Notes: generated by a model from the sequence alone, not told the origin. Counted from the stretch's first letter, positions 17,708 through 27,303 are shown. The stretch: DNA of 44,910 nucleotides from Desulfobacterales bacterium (GCA_963668645.2 CAXXWC010000009.1:1-44910), one strand, 5' to 3'. Made by a program: numbers and translations.

Positions 17708-19114
17708 ATGAAGCCCAAAACGGTATACTTCACGCTTGGCATGGCCCTCTTGTGGCTGGCCGGTTGCACCCTGGCGCCTCAATATTCCCGCCCTGCGGCC
17801 CCGGTCGAGACCGCCTGGCCCTCCGGGGCGGCCTACTCGCAGGCTCAAACCGCGGCGCCCGGTGCGGACCTGCCGTGGCAGGAATTTTTCACCGACAAGG
17901 AGTTGCAGCAGGTTATCACCACGGCCCTGGAAAACAACCGCGACCTACGCCTGGCGGCCTTGAACGTCAAAAAGGCCCAAGCCATGTACGGAATCCAGCG
18001 CTCCACCCTGCTGCCGTCTTTCGACACCGGGGCCGCCGCCAGTAAGCAACGCACTCCGGCCGATCTTTCCTCCAGCGGGAAACTGTCCAAGCCGGAAAAG
18101 TACAGCGTCGATTTCGGCGTCAGCGCATGGGAAATCGACTTTTTCGGCCGTTTGCAGAGCCTCAAGGACCAGGCCCTGGAGGAATACCTGGCCACCGAGG
18201 AGGGCCAGCGCAGCGCCCGTATCCTGTTGATCTCCAGCGTGGCCGGGGCCTATCTCTCCCTGGCGGCCGACCGCCGGCAGCTCGAACTGTCCGCATCGAC
18301 CCTCGCCGCCCAACAGGAAACCTACGACCTGATGAAGCGGCGCTTGGAATTCGGGCTGGCCTCGGCCCTCGACCTGCGCCGGGCCCAGGCCCAGGTCGAA
18401 ACGGCCCGCGGCGACGTGGCCCGTTTTACCAGCCAGGTGGCCCAGGACCAAAACGCCCTGGACCTTCTGTCCGGCAAACCCGTATCCGCACCCGCGGCGA
18501 TGCTGCCCGTCGGCCCGGACGGAATCGAGCCATGCCGCCAGATATCCGCCGGTCTCTCATCGGAGGTGCTCTTGCAGCGGCCGGACATCCTGGCCCAGGA
18601 GCACCACCTGAAGGCAGCCAACGCCAACATCGGCGCGGCCCGGGCGGCCTTCTTCCCGCGCATCGTGCTCACGGCCCGGACCGGCATGGCCAGCGCCGAG
18701 CTGTCGCATCTCTTCGACTCCGGCCAGGGGAGCTGGACCTTCGCTCCCCAGATCGTCCTGCCGATCTTCGACGCCCGGCTCTGGTCTGCCTATGATCTGA
18801 CCCAGGCCGAAAAGGAAATCACCCTGACCAATTACGAAAAAGCCATCCAGACCGCTTTCAAAGAGGTGGCCGACGCCTTGGCCGTGCAGGGTACGGTCCA
18901 GGACCAGCTCGACGCAGCCCGGTCCCTGGTCGAAGCGCTGAGTGAAGCCCATCGCCTCTCTGCGATCCGTTACGACAAGGGGATCGACAGCTACCTGAGC
19001 GTCCTCGACGCCCAGCGTTCGCTGTATGCGGCCCAGCAGGGGCTGATCACGATCAGCCTGGCCGATCTGGCCACCCGGGTCAAGCTCTACGCGGCCTTGG
19101 GAGGCGGGGCGTGA
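17708..19114 (+). CDS. Outer-membrane efflux channel (OprM/NodT family lipoprotein)
   Basis: Start ATG 17708 (MKPKTVYF...LAGC lipobox); NNRDLRLA, WEIDFFGR, RPDILAQEH, LYAALGGG. Confidence 0.95.
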   Translation: MKPKTVYFTLGMALLWLAGCTLAPQYSRPAAPVETAWPSGAAYSQAQTAAPGADLPWQEFFTDKELQQVITTALENNRDLRLAALNVKKAQAMYGIQRSTLLPSFDTGAAASKQRTPADLSSSGKLSKPEKYSVDFGVSAWEIDFFGRLQSLKDQALEEYLATEEGQRSARILLISSVAGAYLSLAADRRQLELSASTLAAQQETYDLMKRRLEFGLASALDLRRAQAQVETARGDVARFTSQVAQDQNALDLLSGKPVSAPAAMLPVGPDGIEPCRQISAGLSSEVLLQRPDILAQEHHLKAANANIGAARAAFFPRIVLTARTGMASAELSHLFDSGQGSWTFAPQIVLPIFDARLWSAYDLTQAEKEITLTNYEKAIQTAFKEVADALAVQGTVQDQLDAARSLVEALSEAHRLSAIRYDKGIDSYLSVLDAQRSLYAAQQGLITISLADLATRVKLYAALGGGA

Positions 19115-20127
19115 GAATCGTCCCGGCTGCGCTCTGCTGCACCGTGTGCCTGATGGTGCTGGCGACTTTGCAGGCACACGGCCAAGAGCCCCTCGGCCAG
19201 GATGATGGTCCCATCTCGATGGTCAACCCGGCCCCGGTGCAATTGCTCTTCCTGCAGGCCCCGCCCGACCGGGCTCTGACCTTGCCGCGCGGTGTGAGCC
19301 GGCTGCGTCTTTCCACCAGCCTGACCAATACGCTCCTCGAAGAAGACCAGGGGCAGGCGGCCGGCCTCATCGACATGGAGATGCTGAGCACCCAGATCGA
19401 TTACAACTACGGTCTTTCGGAGCGTCTCGAACTCGGCCTCTCCCTGCCGCTGGCTTACAGCAGCGGCGGTTTTATGGATTCCATGATTCTCGATGTGGAG
19501 CAGGCCTTTGGCAACGCCAGAAAGGTACGCGAGGAAGAGTCGGCGGGCCATTACCATTTCGATGTCTACTACGACGGGCGCCGCATCCTCGGCAGCGACG
19601 CCCATGCCACCGGCGTGGGCGATCTGGCCGTCCGGCTCAAGGCCCTGCTATTACCGGAAGGCGACTGGAGCCCGGCGGCAGCCGCGCGCGTCGGCCTGAA
19701 ACTGCCCACCGGCAAGAGCAGCCGGAGCCTGGGCAGCGGCAGCACCGACGTCGGTCTCGGCCTGCTGCTGGAAAAGCACTTCGGTCCTTTGGGAGTCTAT
19801 CTCAACGCCGATGCGATCTTTCCCGGTTCAGTACCCAGCGACGATCCCCAGATCGATACCCACACCTTCTACCAGACCGTGTTCGGTCTGGGCTATCGAC
19901 TGAATCCCTCCTTTTGCGCCAACCTCCAGCTCGGCTATACGTCGCGCCCCTTTTCCGGCACCGGCCTGTCCATGCTGGACCGCCGGATCGTCGATCTACT
20001 CCTCGGCCTGACCTACCATCGACCGGGAGGGTTCTTCGTTCAAGCCGGCACCATGGAAGACATCTTCGATTCAGTGGACGCGGGCGCCGACATCAGCTTC
20101 TTTCTCAACCTCGGGCGCCAGTTCTGA
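19111..20127 (+). CDS. Predicted outer-membrane beta-barrel protein (DUF3187-like)
   Basis: Signal-peptide-like N-terminus, GVGDL..RLK, LKLPTG...LGSGSTDVGL, alternating beta pattern and C-terminal Phe; GTGA overlap with the channel gene stop. Confidence 0.7.
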   Translation: MRIVPAALCCTVCLMVLATLQAHGQEPLGQDDGPISMVNPAPVQLLFLQAPPDRALTLPRGVSRLRLSTSLTNTLLEEDQGQAAGLIDMEMLSTQIDYNYGLSERLELGLSLPLAYSSGGFMDSMILDVEQAFGNARKVREEESAGHYHFDVYYDGRRILGSDAHATGVGDLAVRLKALLLPEGDWSPAAAARVGLKLPTGKSSRSLGSGSTDVGLGLLLEKHFGPLGVYLNADAIFPGSVPSDDPQIDTHTFYQTVFGLGYRLNPSFCANLQLGYTSRPFSGTGLSMLDRRIVDLLLGLTYHRPGGFFVQAGTMEDIFDSVDAGADISFFLNLGRQF

Positions 20128-20228
20128 TCTTCCCCACCCAAGACACTGAAATCGATTCGTCTTGCACCCGGGCCGGCATTAGGCTCCAGAAAGTACCGAT
20201 TAGACGTTTCGACGATCCTGCCCGGGAC

Positions 20229-20279
20229 TTGACAGCCGGTGCACGAAGGTTAACTTATCGCTAACAAGAATTATTCTCA
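20229..20279 (+). promoter_or_regulatory. Sigma-70-like promoter with downstream Fur-box-like site
   Basis: TTGACA at 20229-20234, TAACTT at 20251-20256; CAAGAAT-T-ATTCTCA at 20265-20279 resembles the 7-1-7 Fur motif TGAGAAT-N-ATTCTCA. Confidence 0.55.
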
Positions 20280-20345
20280 TATAAAATCCGCCCGTGTACC
20301 CGCCAAAGCCGGTACCGGCGTCAACCCTTGCCAAAGGAGGATTCT

Positions 20346-20438
20346 ATGATAGGCACCCTGATCACCATCCTGACCCTGGCCTACTTTGTCAACCGCTGCG
20401 TTCCCGTCGCTGAAGCACCCTCGACGTGTCGACTCTGA
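20346..20438 (+). CDS. Unannotated 30-aa single-TM small protein
   Basis: Strong RBS AAAGGAGG 5 nt before ATG; MIGTLITILTLAYFVNRCVPVAEAPSTCRL*; below the ORF-track length cut-off. Confidence 0.6.
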   Translation: MIGTLITILTLAYFVNRCVPVAEAPSTCRL

Positions 20439-20530
20439 TCCCATCCGGCCGCACCGGTCTAACAGCTCTCGGAGAAACAAGACTCGAGCTGTGAAGGACA
20501 GCACCCGGTGCGGCCATTTTTCTGTGCCAA

Positions 20531-21973
20531 ATGAACTGGAATTTTGACAACAGTTATGCCCGTCTTCCCGCTTCATTTTTCGTGCGTCTGAATCCGGTTG
20601 CGGTTCGCGCGCCGAAGATGGTGGTCTTCAACCGCCCCCTGGCCGAGTCCCTCGGTTTGGATGCCCAGAAGCTGGCAGGGGAGGAAGGGACGGCTATTTT
20701 CTCCGGCAACCGGATCCCCGAAGGCGGCGAGCCCATCGCCCAGGCCTATGCCGGGCACCAGTTCGGCTACTTCACCATCCTCGGCGACGGCCGGGCAATT
20801 TTGCTGGGCGAGCAGATCACACCGGATGGAAACCGCCTCGACATCCAGCTCAAAGGTTCGGGCCAGACCCCCTTTTCGCGCCGCGGCGACGGCCGCGCGG
20901 CCTTGGGGCCGATGCTGCGCGAGTACCTGATCAGCGAGGCCATGCACGCTTTGGCCATCCCCACCACGCGCAGCCTGGCGGTGGTGGCCACCGGCGAGCC
21001 GGTATGGCGCGAAACCGCCCTGGCAGGCGCTATCCTGACCCGCGTGGCCGCCAGCCACATCCGGGTCGGGACCTTCGAGTACCTCGCGGCCCACCAGGAT
21101 CGGGATGCCCTGCGGGCTCTTGCCGATTACACCATCTGGCGCCACTTTCCCGAGCTTCAGGAGGCCAAAAAACCGTATCTGGCCCTGTTGAAGGCCGTGA
21201 TGGCGCGCCAGGCGGCCCTGGTGGCCCGGTGGCTGCTTGTCGGTTTCATCCATGGGGTGATGAACACCGACAACATGGCCCTGAGCGGCGAAACCATCGA
21301 TTACGGGCCTTGCGCCTTCATGGACACCTATGATCCGGCCACGGTCTTCAGCTCCATCGACCACCAGGGACGTTATGCCTATGCCAACCAGCCGCTCATC
21401 GCCCAGTGGAATCTGGCCCGCCTGGCCGAAACCCTCCTGCCGCTGATGGGCGACGACCCCCAAAGAGCCATCGGGGAGGTCCAGGAAGCGATCGAAGGTT
21501 TTTCCGCGATGCACCAGCGCTTCTGGCTGTCGGGGATGCGCGCCAAACTCGGCCTGTTCAACGAGGAAGCCGAAGACGGAAAACTGGCGCAAGACCTGCT
21601 TGAGATCATGCAGCGCTCCCAGGCCGATTACACCAACACGTTCAGGAATCTTGAACCTGAAGGCAGCGGCCCGCCCCTGATCGATGATTTCGCCTTTGTC
21701 CGATGGCAGGAACGCTGGCGGGCGCGCCTGGGGCGCCAGCCGCAATCCCCGGAGGCCGCCCGCAGGTTGATGAAAGGCCGCAATCCGGCCGTCATCCCCC
21801 GCAATCACCAGGTCGAGGCGGCCCTGGAGGCTGCGGCGAACGGAGACTTAACCGTGCTGGGGCGGCTCCTGGAAGTCCTGTCCCACCCGTACCGGGATCG
21901 GCCCGAAGATGTTGCCTATCGCCTGCCACCGGCCCCGTCCGAACACGTCTACCAGACCTTTTGCGGCACGTGA
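20531..21973 (+). CDS. selO: Protein adenylyltransferase SelO/YdiU
   Basis: [65 protein letters not shown]-terminal TFCGT. Confidence 0.96.
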   Translation: MNWNFDNSYARLPASFFVRLNPVAVRAPKMVVFNRPLAESLGLDAQKLAGEEGTAIFSGNRIPEGGEPIAQAYAGHQFGYFTILGDGRAILLGEQITPDGNRLDIQLKGSGQTPFSRRGDGRAALGPMLREYLISEAMHALAIPTTRSLAVVATGEPVWRETALAGAILTRVAASHIRVGTFEYLAAHQDRDALRALADYTIWRHFPELQEAKKPYLALLKAVMARQAALVARWLLVGFIHGVMNTDNMALSGETIDYGPCAFMDTYDPATVFSSIDHQGRYAYANQPLIAQWNLARLAETLLPLMGDDPQRAIGEVQEAIEGFSAMHQRFWLSGMRAKLGLFNEEAEDGKLAQDLLEIMQRSQADYTNTFRNLEPEGSGPPLIDDFAFVRWQERWRARLGRQPQSPEAARRLMKGRNPAVIPRNHQVEAALEAAANGDLTVLGRLLEVLSHPYRDRPEDVAYRLPPAPSEHVYQTFCGT

Positions 21974-21990
21974 CGCTGCGAGCCGCCCCC

Positions 21991-22048
21991 GGGAGCGCCA
22001 GGCCCCAGCCTGGCTGGCTTATTTTGCCAAGCTGGGGCTCGGCGCTCC
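21991..22048. repeat. REP doublet downstream of the RAYT gene
   Basis: GGGAGCGCCAGGCCCCAGCCTGGC and inverted GCCAAGCTGGGGCTCGGCGCTCC separated by a short spacer. Confidence 0.85.
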
Positions 22049-22061
22049 TATTTCCGGGGTT

Positions 22062-22650
22062 TAATGCGGCCACGCATCCTCGCGCTGGACCAGGCCCAGT
22101 CCTCGGCCCGATTGCACACCCGGCTCTCACCGGATTTTCATGGATATAGGCCACCACGCTGTGAAAATGGCGTTCATCGCGGATAAAGCGGTCCCAGTAT
22201 TCGCGCATCCAAAACCGCTTCCCGAAAGGGTCGAGCCCCAGCTCGGCCTTGCGCACCATGGCCACCGCCCGGTATATGACTTCCACGATTGGATCGTCCT
22301 GGACAGCTTTTCCATGGGCCGGATCAACACATGCACATGATTCGGCATGATGCACCAGACCAGCAACCGGTAACGTTGACCGTCGAACTTCAACAGGGTT
22401 TCCTGCATGACTGCTGCCAGGCGAGGATGGCGCAGGGCGCAGCATCCCACCCCGGCATCCAGCCATTGCTCAGTGCGTTTGCGGCGTTGAATGGCTTGCC
22501 GGTCGAGCGGGAGTCTGGTGAGCTCCACTTCCAACCGGTGAAGGACTTCCCGGGGCAGGGCATCGGCCAGACGGAAAGTGACAAACTGGAGGACTGCGGT
22601 GGAATCCAGGTGGGGCAAATATCCCCGACTGTACCAGGGGTTGCTCAGGC
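22062..22650 (-). pseudogene. REP-associated tyrosine (HUH/Y1) transposase, RAYT, with two apparent frameshifts; limits approximate
   Basis: WYSRGYLPHLD..QFVTFRLADALP, WCIMPNHVHVL (HUH), SWKSYT; shifts near 22262 to FWMREYWDRFIRDERHF..YIHENPVRAG and near 22118 to EDWAWSSA. No clear ATG found. Confidence 0.85.
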
Positions 22651-22670
22651 GCGTCTTGGCTGGCCTTTTT

Positions 22671-22734
22671 CCTGGAGCGCCAAGCCCCAGCTTGGCTGGG
22701 TTATTTTTGCATAGCCGGGGCTTGGCGCTCCAGG
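22671..22734. repeat. REP doublet upstream of the RAYT gene
   Basis: CCTGGAGCGCCAAGCCCCAGCTTGGC ... AGCCGGGGCTTGGCGCTCCAGG inverted pair. Confidence 0.85.
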
Positions 22735-22759
22735 AGCATTCGCGGCCGGGTGCTACCCG

Positions 22760-23755
22760 TCAGTCATTATCCCCATCCAGAAAACCGCCCAGGACCCCGA
22801 GCACCGAGCCTTCCCCCTTGCTTCCGCCGCGCTGGGGGGCGGCCTGGAGCATGCGTCCGGCCAGCCGGGAAAAAGGCAGGGATTGGAGCCAGATCTGGCC
22901 GGGCCCCTTCAAGGTGGCGAAGAAAAGCCCCTCCCCGCCGAACAGGGCCGTCTTGATCCCCCCGGCCTGCTGGATGTCGAAGTTCACGCTCGGCTCCAGG
23001 GCCACGATACAGCCGGTGTCCACATGCAGCACCTCCCCGTCGGCCAGGACGCGTTTGACTACCGTACCGCCGGCGTGGATGAAAACCATCCCGTCCCCGT
23101 CGAGCCGCTGCATCACGAAGCCCTCGCCGCCGAACAGGCCGGTAAGGATCTTGCGCTGAAAGAAGATCCCGATGGAAACCCCCTTGGCGGCGGCCAGGAA
23201 GCTGTCCTTCTGGCAGATCAGGGTGCCGCCCACCTCGCTGAGCTGCACCGGCAGGATATTGCCCGGATACGGGGCACCGAAGGCCACCCGGGCCTTGCCC
23301 GTGCCGGTGTGAGTAAAAACCGTCATGAACAGGCTCTCGCCGGTGAGCAGCCGCTTGCCCGCGCCGAGCAGCTTGTCCATGAAGCCGGTGCCTCCCCGGC
23401 CGGACCCGTCGCCGAAAATGGTCTGCATGGTGATGCTGGTGTCCTTGTACATCATGGCCCCGGCCTCTGCCACGGCGCTCTCACCCGGGTCGAGTTCCAC
23501 CTCCACGAACTGCATCTCGGCGCCCTGAATCTCGAAGTCGACTTCATCGGCACGTCGCACAGGGGCAGCCGATGGCGGCCTTGGAGCCGGTGAAGACGGC
23601 GCTGTCAGATCCGGCACCTGGTTGATGGGCAGCCACTCGGCAAACCCCTCACGCCAGGCATACCCGTCGGGGTTGGTACGCACATGGGCCGCCGCCTGGG
23701 CCTGGTCCAGGGGGCCGATCTGGTTTCCACCGTAGCTCAGATACCATTGGGTCAT
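22760..23755 (-). CDS. AIM24/TIGR00266-family protein with N-terminal GYF_2 (DUF4339) domain
   Basis: QWYLSYGGNQIGP...AWREGFAEW (GYF_2 pattern); MQFVEVELDPGE..AEAGAMM, GESLF, FGGEGF, VDTGC, WLQSLPFSRLA. Confidence 0.88.
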   Translation of the reverse strand: MTQWYLSYGGNQIGPLDQAQAAAHVRTNPDGYAWREGFAEWLPINQVPDLTAPSSPAPRPPSAAPVRRADEVDFEIQGAEMQFVEVELDPGESAVAEAGAMMYKDTSITMQTIFGDGSGRGGTGFMDKLLGAGKRLLTGESLFMTVFTHTGTGKARVAFGAPYPGNILPVQLSEVGGTLICQKDSFLAAAKGVSIGIFFQRKILTGLFGGEGFVMQRLDGDGMVFIHAGGTVVKRVLADGEVLHVDTGCIVALEPSVNFDIQQAGGIKTALFGGEGLFFATLKGPGQIWLQSLPFSRLAGRMLQAAPQRGGSKGEGSVLGVLGGFLDGDND

Positions 23756-23827
23756 GGGTCCCTCCTTGCTTTTTTCCGGTTTGATTCGAGGCGCTATCGG
23801 GGCTGCCGTACAAGCAGCTGCATGCCA

Positions 23828-24487
23828 TCACAGGAACACGCCGGCCTGGCGGTGGATTTCGGCCACCGCAGCCGCATCCAGTTCCAGGTCGCAGGCCAAA
23901 TCCGATAGATACTGCCTCTCGGCGTCCGTATCCACTTCCACGGCCAGCAGCGAAGCGATGTAGACCTGGCGCGCGGTTTGCCGCGAATCCACCGCCGCCA
24001 CTATCTCCTGGCGGCTTTTGGGAGCCTCCAGCTCGTCGATGATAAACTGCTGCTCCTCGCGGCTCAGGTTTATTTGCTGCAGTTTGCCCAGGATTCCGCT
24101 GCGCTCGGCTTCATCGATCACACCGTCGGCATTGGCAGCGGCGATCATGGCCCTGATGAGCAGCACGGGATTGGCCGGCCCGGCTGGGGCAGGCGGCCTC
24201 GGCGGAGGTGCAGGGACGGATCCCGGGGCCGGCGCGGGAGGCGGCATGGCCGCGGCAGCACCCGGGGGCGGAGGCGGTGCACCGGTGGCGCCACCCGGGG
24301 GCGGTCCCGGCGGCATTCCCGGTGCCGGGGAAGCCGCCGTCCCCTTGTTGGCATAGTGTTCGAAAGCCTCCATGGCCACACCCAGCAGACCGAGGGCCGC
24401 CCCTCCGGCCCCCAGCCCGCCGAGACCGCCGCCGCTGCGCATGCCGCTGCGAATCAGTCCGCCCAACAACCTTTCCGGATTAAACAT
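23828..24487 (-). CDS. DUF533 / TerB-like protein with Pro-rich linker
   Basis: LLIRAMIAAANADGVIDEAER, VYIASLLAVEVDT.AER.YL..LA..L; Gly-rich N-terminus. Confidence 0.85.
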   Translation of the reverse strand: MFNPERLLGGLIRSGMRSGGGLGGLGAGGAALGLLGVAMEAFEHYANKGTAASPAPGMPPGPPPGGATGAPPPPPGAAAAMPPPAPAPGSVPAPPPRPPAPAGPANPVLLIRAMIAAANADGVIDEAERSGILGKLQQINLSREEQQFIIDELEAPKSRQEIVAAVDSRQTARQVYIASLLAVEVDTDAERQYLSDLACDLELDAAAVAEIHRQAGVFL

Positions 24488-24579
24488 GGCCGTTTCCTCC
24501 TTGTTTCAAATCGCCTGGCGCCGGTGATAATGGCCCCTTTGATGGGTTGTGGATTTTGATCCAACGGTGTTGACGATCG

Positions 24580-25743
24580 TTAAACCTTCGGCTCCCGCCG
24601 CCCGGTGCGCCAGAGGTGAAAACGGGTGGCCAAAGCCGGTGCCTTCTGGAACAGCAAAACGCCGAGCACGGCGGTCACCATCACGTAGACCCCGCTCCAG
24701 ACCCTCAGTTGAGGGGCGGCCAGACTGGCGATGATGGCGGAAAATTCGCCTCGCGCCACCAGGCAAAACCCGGCGCGTGCCGCCACCTTGGGGCTCAGGC
24801 CGAACATGCGCCCGCCCGCGTAACCGGCAAGGATCTTGCCCGCCACGGCCCATACCACGCAAAACAACAGGATGGGTAAAAACGGCACCCCCTGGCCCAG
24901 GTGCACCGTGGTGCCGAACCAGAAAAAGAAAAAAGGCAGGGTTACGTCCCGCAGGGGCAGAAAAAGGTTTTCCAGGTCCGAAGCCCGCCCGGTTTCGGAA
25001 AGCATCACGCCGGCCAGAAAGGCCCCCAGGATCTCGGACAACCCCAGCGCCAGGGCGATGCCGGCATAGCCCAGGGCGATGCCGGCGGTCATCAACGGCA
25101 TGAAATCCCTTTCGATATGCCGGGCCACGAAGGTTCCGAGACGCTTGAATCCGAAATGACCAATGAGCACGGCCCCGGCGATCAGCACGATGATCTTGAC
25201 GAGCAGGATCGCCAAAAAGACGGGTCCCACGGCCCCACTGGCCCGGGCCGCGGCAAGGAAAGAGACCAGCACCGGCGCCACCAGGTCTTCGAAAATCAGC
25301 AGGGCCAGGATGAACTCGGCTTCCGGATTAGCCAGGCGCTTTTGTTCTTCAAGGAGCTTTACCGATATGGAACTGCTGGTGGCGTAGGCCACCGAGCCGA
25401 TCACCAGGGCAGCCATGGGATCGAGACCCAGCCACATCGCCGCTGCCGCGACCACGGCCAGATTCAACACCACGTCCAGGATCCCGGCCGCCCAGACGCG
25501 CCGGCCGACATCCACCATACGGGCCAGGGGGAACTCCAGCCCGACGATGAAAAACAAAAAAACGATCCCGATCTCGGCGGCGGTGTGAATCAGGTGTGTA
25601 TCGCCGATCAGACAGGAGGTCAGCACGCCCAGAGCGATATAGGCGAGCACGGCCGGAATACGGGCCAGAAAGGAGGCGTAGCCGGCTCCGAAAAAAACGC
25701 TCAGCACGGCTCCGGCCAAGAGTAGGAACGGCAGGCTTTCCAA
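24580..25743 (-). CDS. CPA2 cation:proton antiporter (KhtU/YhaU-like K+/H+)
   Basis: Multi-TM; EIGIVFLFFIVGLEF, TSSSI..KLL, LIFEDL, LGAFLAG, RGEFS; TTG start. Confidence 0.9.
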   Translation of the reverse strand: MESLPFLLLAGAVLSVFFGAGYASFLARIPAVLAYIALGVLTSCLIGDTHLIHTAAEIGIVFLFFIVGLEFPLARMVDVGRRVWAAGILDVVLNLAVVAAAAMWLGLDPMAALVIGSVAYATSSSISVKLLEEQKRLANPEAEFILALLIFEDLVAPVLVSFLAAARASGAVGPVFLAILLVKIIVLIAGAVLIGHFGFKRLGTFVARHIERDFMPLMTAGIALGYAGIALALGLSEILGAFLAGVMLSETGRASDLENLFLPLRDVTLPFFFFWFGTTVHLGQGVPFLPILLFCVVWAVAGKILAGYAGGRMFGLSPKVAARAGFCLVARGEFSAIIASLAAPQLRVWSGVYVMVTAVLGVLLFQKAPALATRFHLWRTGRREPKV

Positions 25744-25832
25744 GTCGCGAACCCGATATCTCTAAACGGTGGTGGCCAAGGATAGGCTGGTAATCCGAGC
25801 AGCGGCCTTGCAACGAAATCCGCAAGTCGCGT

Positions 25833-26315
25833 TTACGCGCCGCACATATTTTCCAGCGAGCGGGTCTGGTCCCTGGACCCGATGGCCATGAGCAGGTCTC
25901 CGGCCCGGATCGCCTCGTCTGGATCCGGGCTGCCGATCACCTGTCCCTCTCGCTCGATACCGATGATGGTCGAGCCGGTAAGGCTGCGGATCCTGGCCCC
26001 GGCAATAGTCTGGCCGGCCAGGCAGCTTCCCGCCTCGACCCGCAGCCATTCGATGCGCACGTTTTTCAGCAGCATGTCCATGCGCTCGTCGGCCACCGGC
26101 TGATAGTCGACCCCCAGCAGGATGGTGCCCACCTGGCGGGCCTCCTCGTCGTTCATGCGGGTCGTAAACAGGGGCTCATCGTCGTCCGGATCGTTGAAAT
26201 AATAGATTTCGCGCGTGCCGTTGTGGTGCAGGATGATCACCACCTGGGACCCGCTGGCCATGGCTGCGGAATATTTCTTCCCCACACCGGGCAGTTCCGT
26301 GGTCTTGACCTGCAA
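25833..26315 (-). CDS. Antiporter regulatory subunit (KhtT/YhaT-like, TrkA-C)
   Basis: TELPGVGKKY, IILHHNGTREIY, IRSLTGSTIIGIER, GDLL; TTG start after AGGAGG. Confidence 0.9.
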   Translation of the reverse strand: MQVKTTELPGVGKKYSAAMASGSQVVIILHHNGTREIYYFNDPDDDEPLFTTRMNDEEARQVGTILLGVDYQPVADERMDMLLKNVRIEWLRVEAGSCLAGQTIAGARIRSLTGSTIIGIEREGQVIGSPDPDEAIRAGDLLMAIGSRDQTRSLENMCGA

Positions 26316-26426
26316 GGGACACCTCCTCGTCTCGCATCGCGGTGGCGGGGAGCGATTCCGCTGTTCCCCGGCTTTGATTTTCTATCTCCCTCGACCGATG
26401 GACGTCAATCTTTTCAAAATGGCGGC

Positions 26427-26753
26427 CTATTCTTGCAGATAGTCTTCGCGCACCGGGGAAAAGGCCTCCACCGCTACGGTATCTTCCAAAGCCTCACCAC
26501 CGTGGTCCATGTCGGACGGAACGCTCCAGGCATCCCCGGGACCGGCCTCGAAAGTCTCGCCTCCGATGGTCAGCCGCAGCCGACCGCTGACGAGAAATCC
26601 GGTCTGTTCGTGGGGGTGCCGGTGCATCGGCAGCACGGCCCCGGCCTCCAGGCGAAACTCGGCCAGCAGGGTGCGCTCGCCGTGCACCAGGGTCTTGAGA
26701 TCAATGCCGTCCACTACGCGGCGGTAGCCTGAATCCGATCGGTGTTGAAACAT
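26427..26753 (-). CDS. Cupin domain protein
   Basis: HRHPHEQTG and PSDMDHG cupin motifs, FSPVREDY; start ATG 26753 after GGAGG. Confidence 0.88.
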   Translation of the reverse strand: MFQHRSDSGYRRVVDGIDLKTLVHGERTLLAEFRLEAGAVLPMHRHPHEQTGFLVSGRLRLTIGGETFEAGPGDAWSVPSDMDHGGEALEDTVAVEAFSPVREDYLQE

Positions 26754-26964
26754 GGAGCCTCCATAGAGTTGACGGTCAAACTCGGGGAACGGCGCCGTTG
26801 GATGGGCTCCCCTCCGGCGCCGCAATGATCGTTCACTCCAACCTCGCATAACCGAAAAAGCGCCCGAACACAATCCGTACCTTGGCCAGGGGCACGGCCG
26901 CGTCAAAGTCCTGCGACCATTTCATCATAGTGGAAAGAGGCGCGAGATAACGGCGAACGTTTCC

Positions 26965-27036
26965 TGTGGGAGCGGTTTGCAACCGCGATCGAGGATGACT
27001 CGAACGCCCTGATCGCGGATACAATCCGCTCCCACA
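26965..27036. repeat. Second-family REP doublet (GTGG-headed)
   Basis: TGTGGGAGCGGTTTGCAACCGCGATC ... GATCGCGGATACAATCCGCTCCCACA inverted pair. Confidence 0.8.
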
Positions 27037-27159
27037 TCTCGCAGGAAGAGGATAACCTCCTCCACTACAAAGAATTCGGGCACACCTTGCCCACAACCCA
27101 TCGTCCGAATCTGGCGCGACAAGGACTGCAAAAATTGCACTTAAACCGGACTGTTTACT

Positions 27160-27303
27160 ATGGATTTAAGGAGGCCTGAATTGATAATTGGCAAAATAGG
27201 CGAAAAACACTGGGTCGGGATTGTAACATATCGCGTTGAAAACATACGGATTATCTCAGTCCGGCGTGCCAGAAGTGAGGAGATAGAGCTTTATGAAAGC
27301 TAA
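27160..27303 (+). pseudogene. BrnT-family toxin, N-terminally truncated remnant
   Basis: LIIGKIGEKHWVGIVTYRVENIRIISVRRARSEEIELYES* is a BrnT-type C-terminus; the N-terminal half is absent; overlaps the antitoxin start. Confidence 0.8.

Noticed and set aside
21991..22734. CRISPR array or integron attC sites
   Set aside because: Repeats are inverted palindromic doublets without regular unique spacers; no cas or intI gene; fits REP elements.
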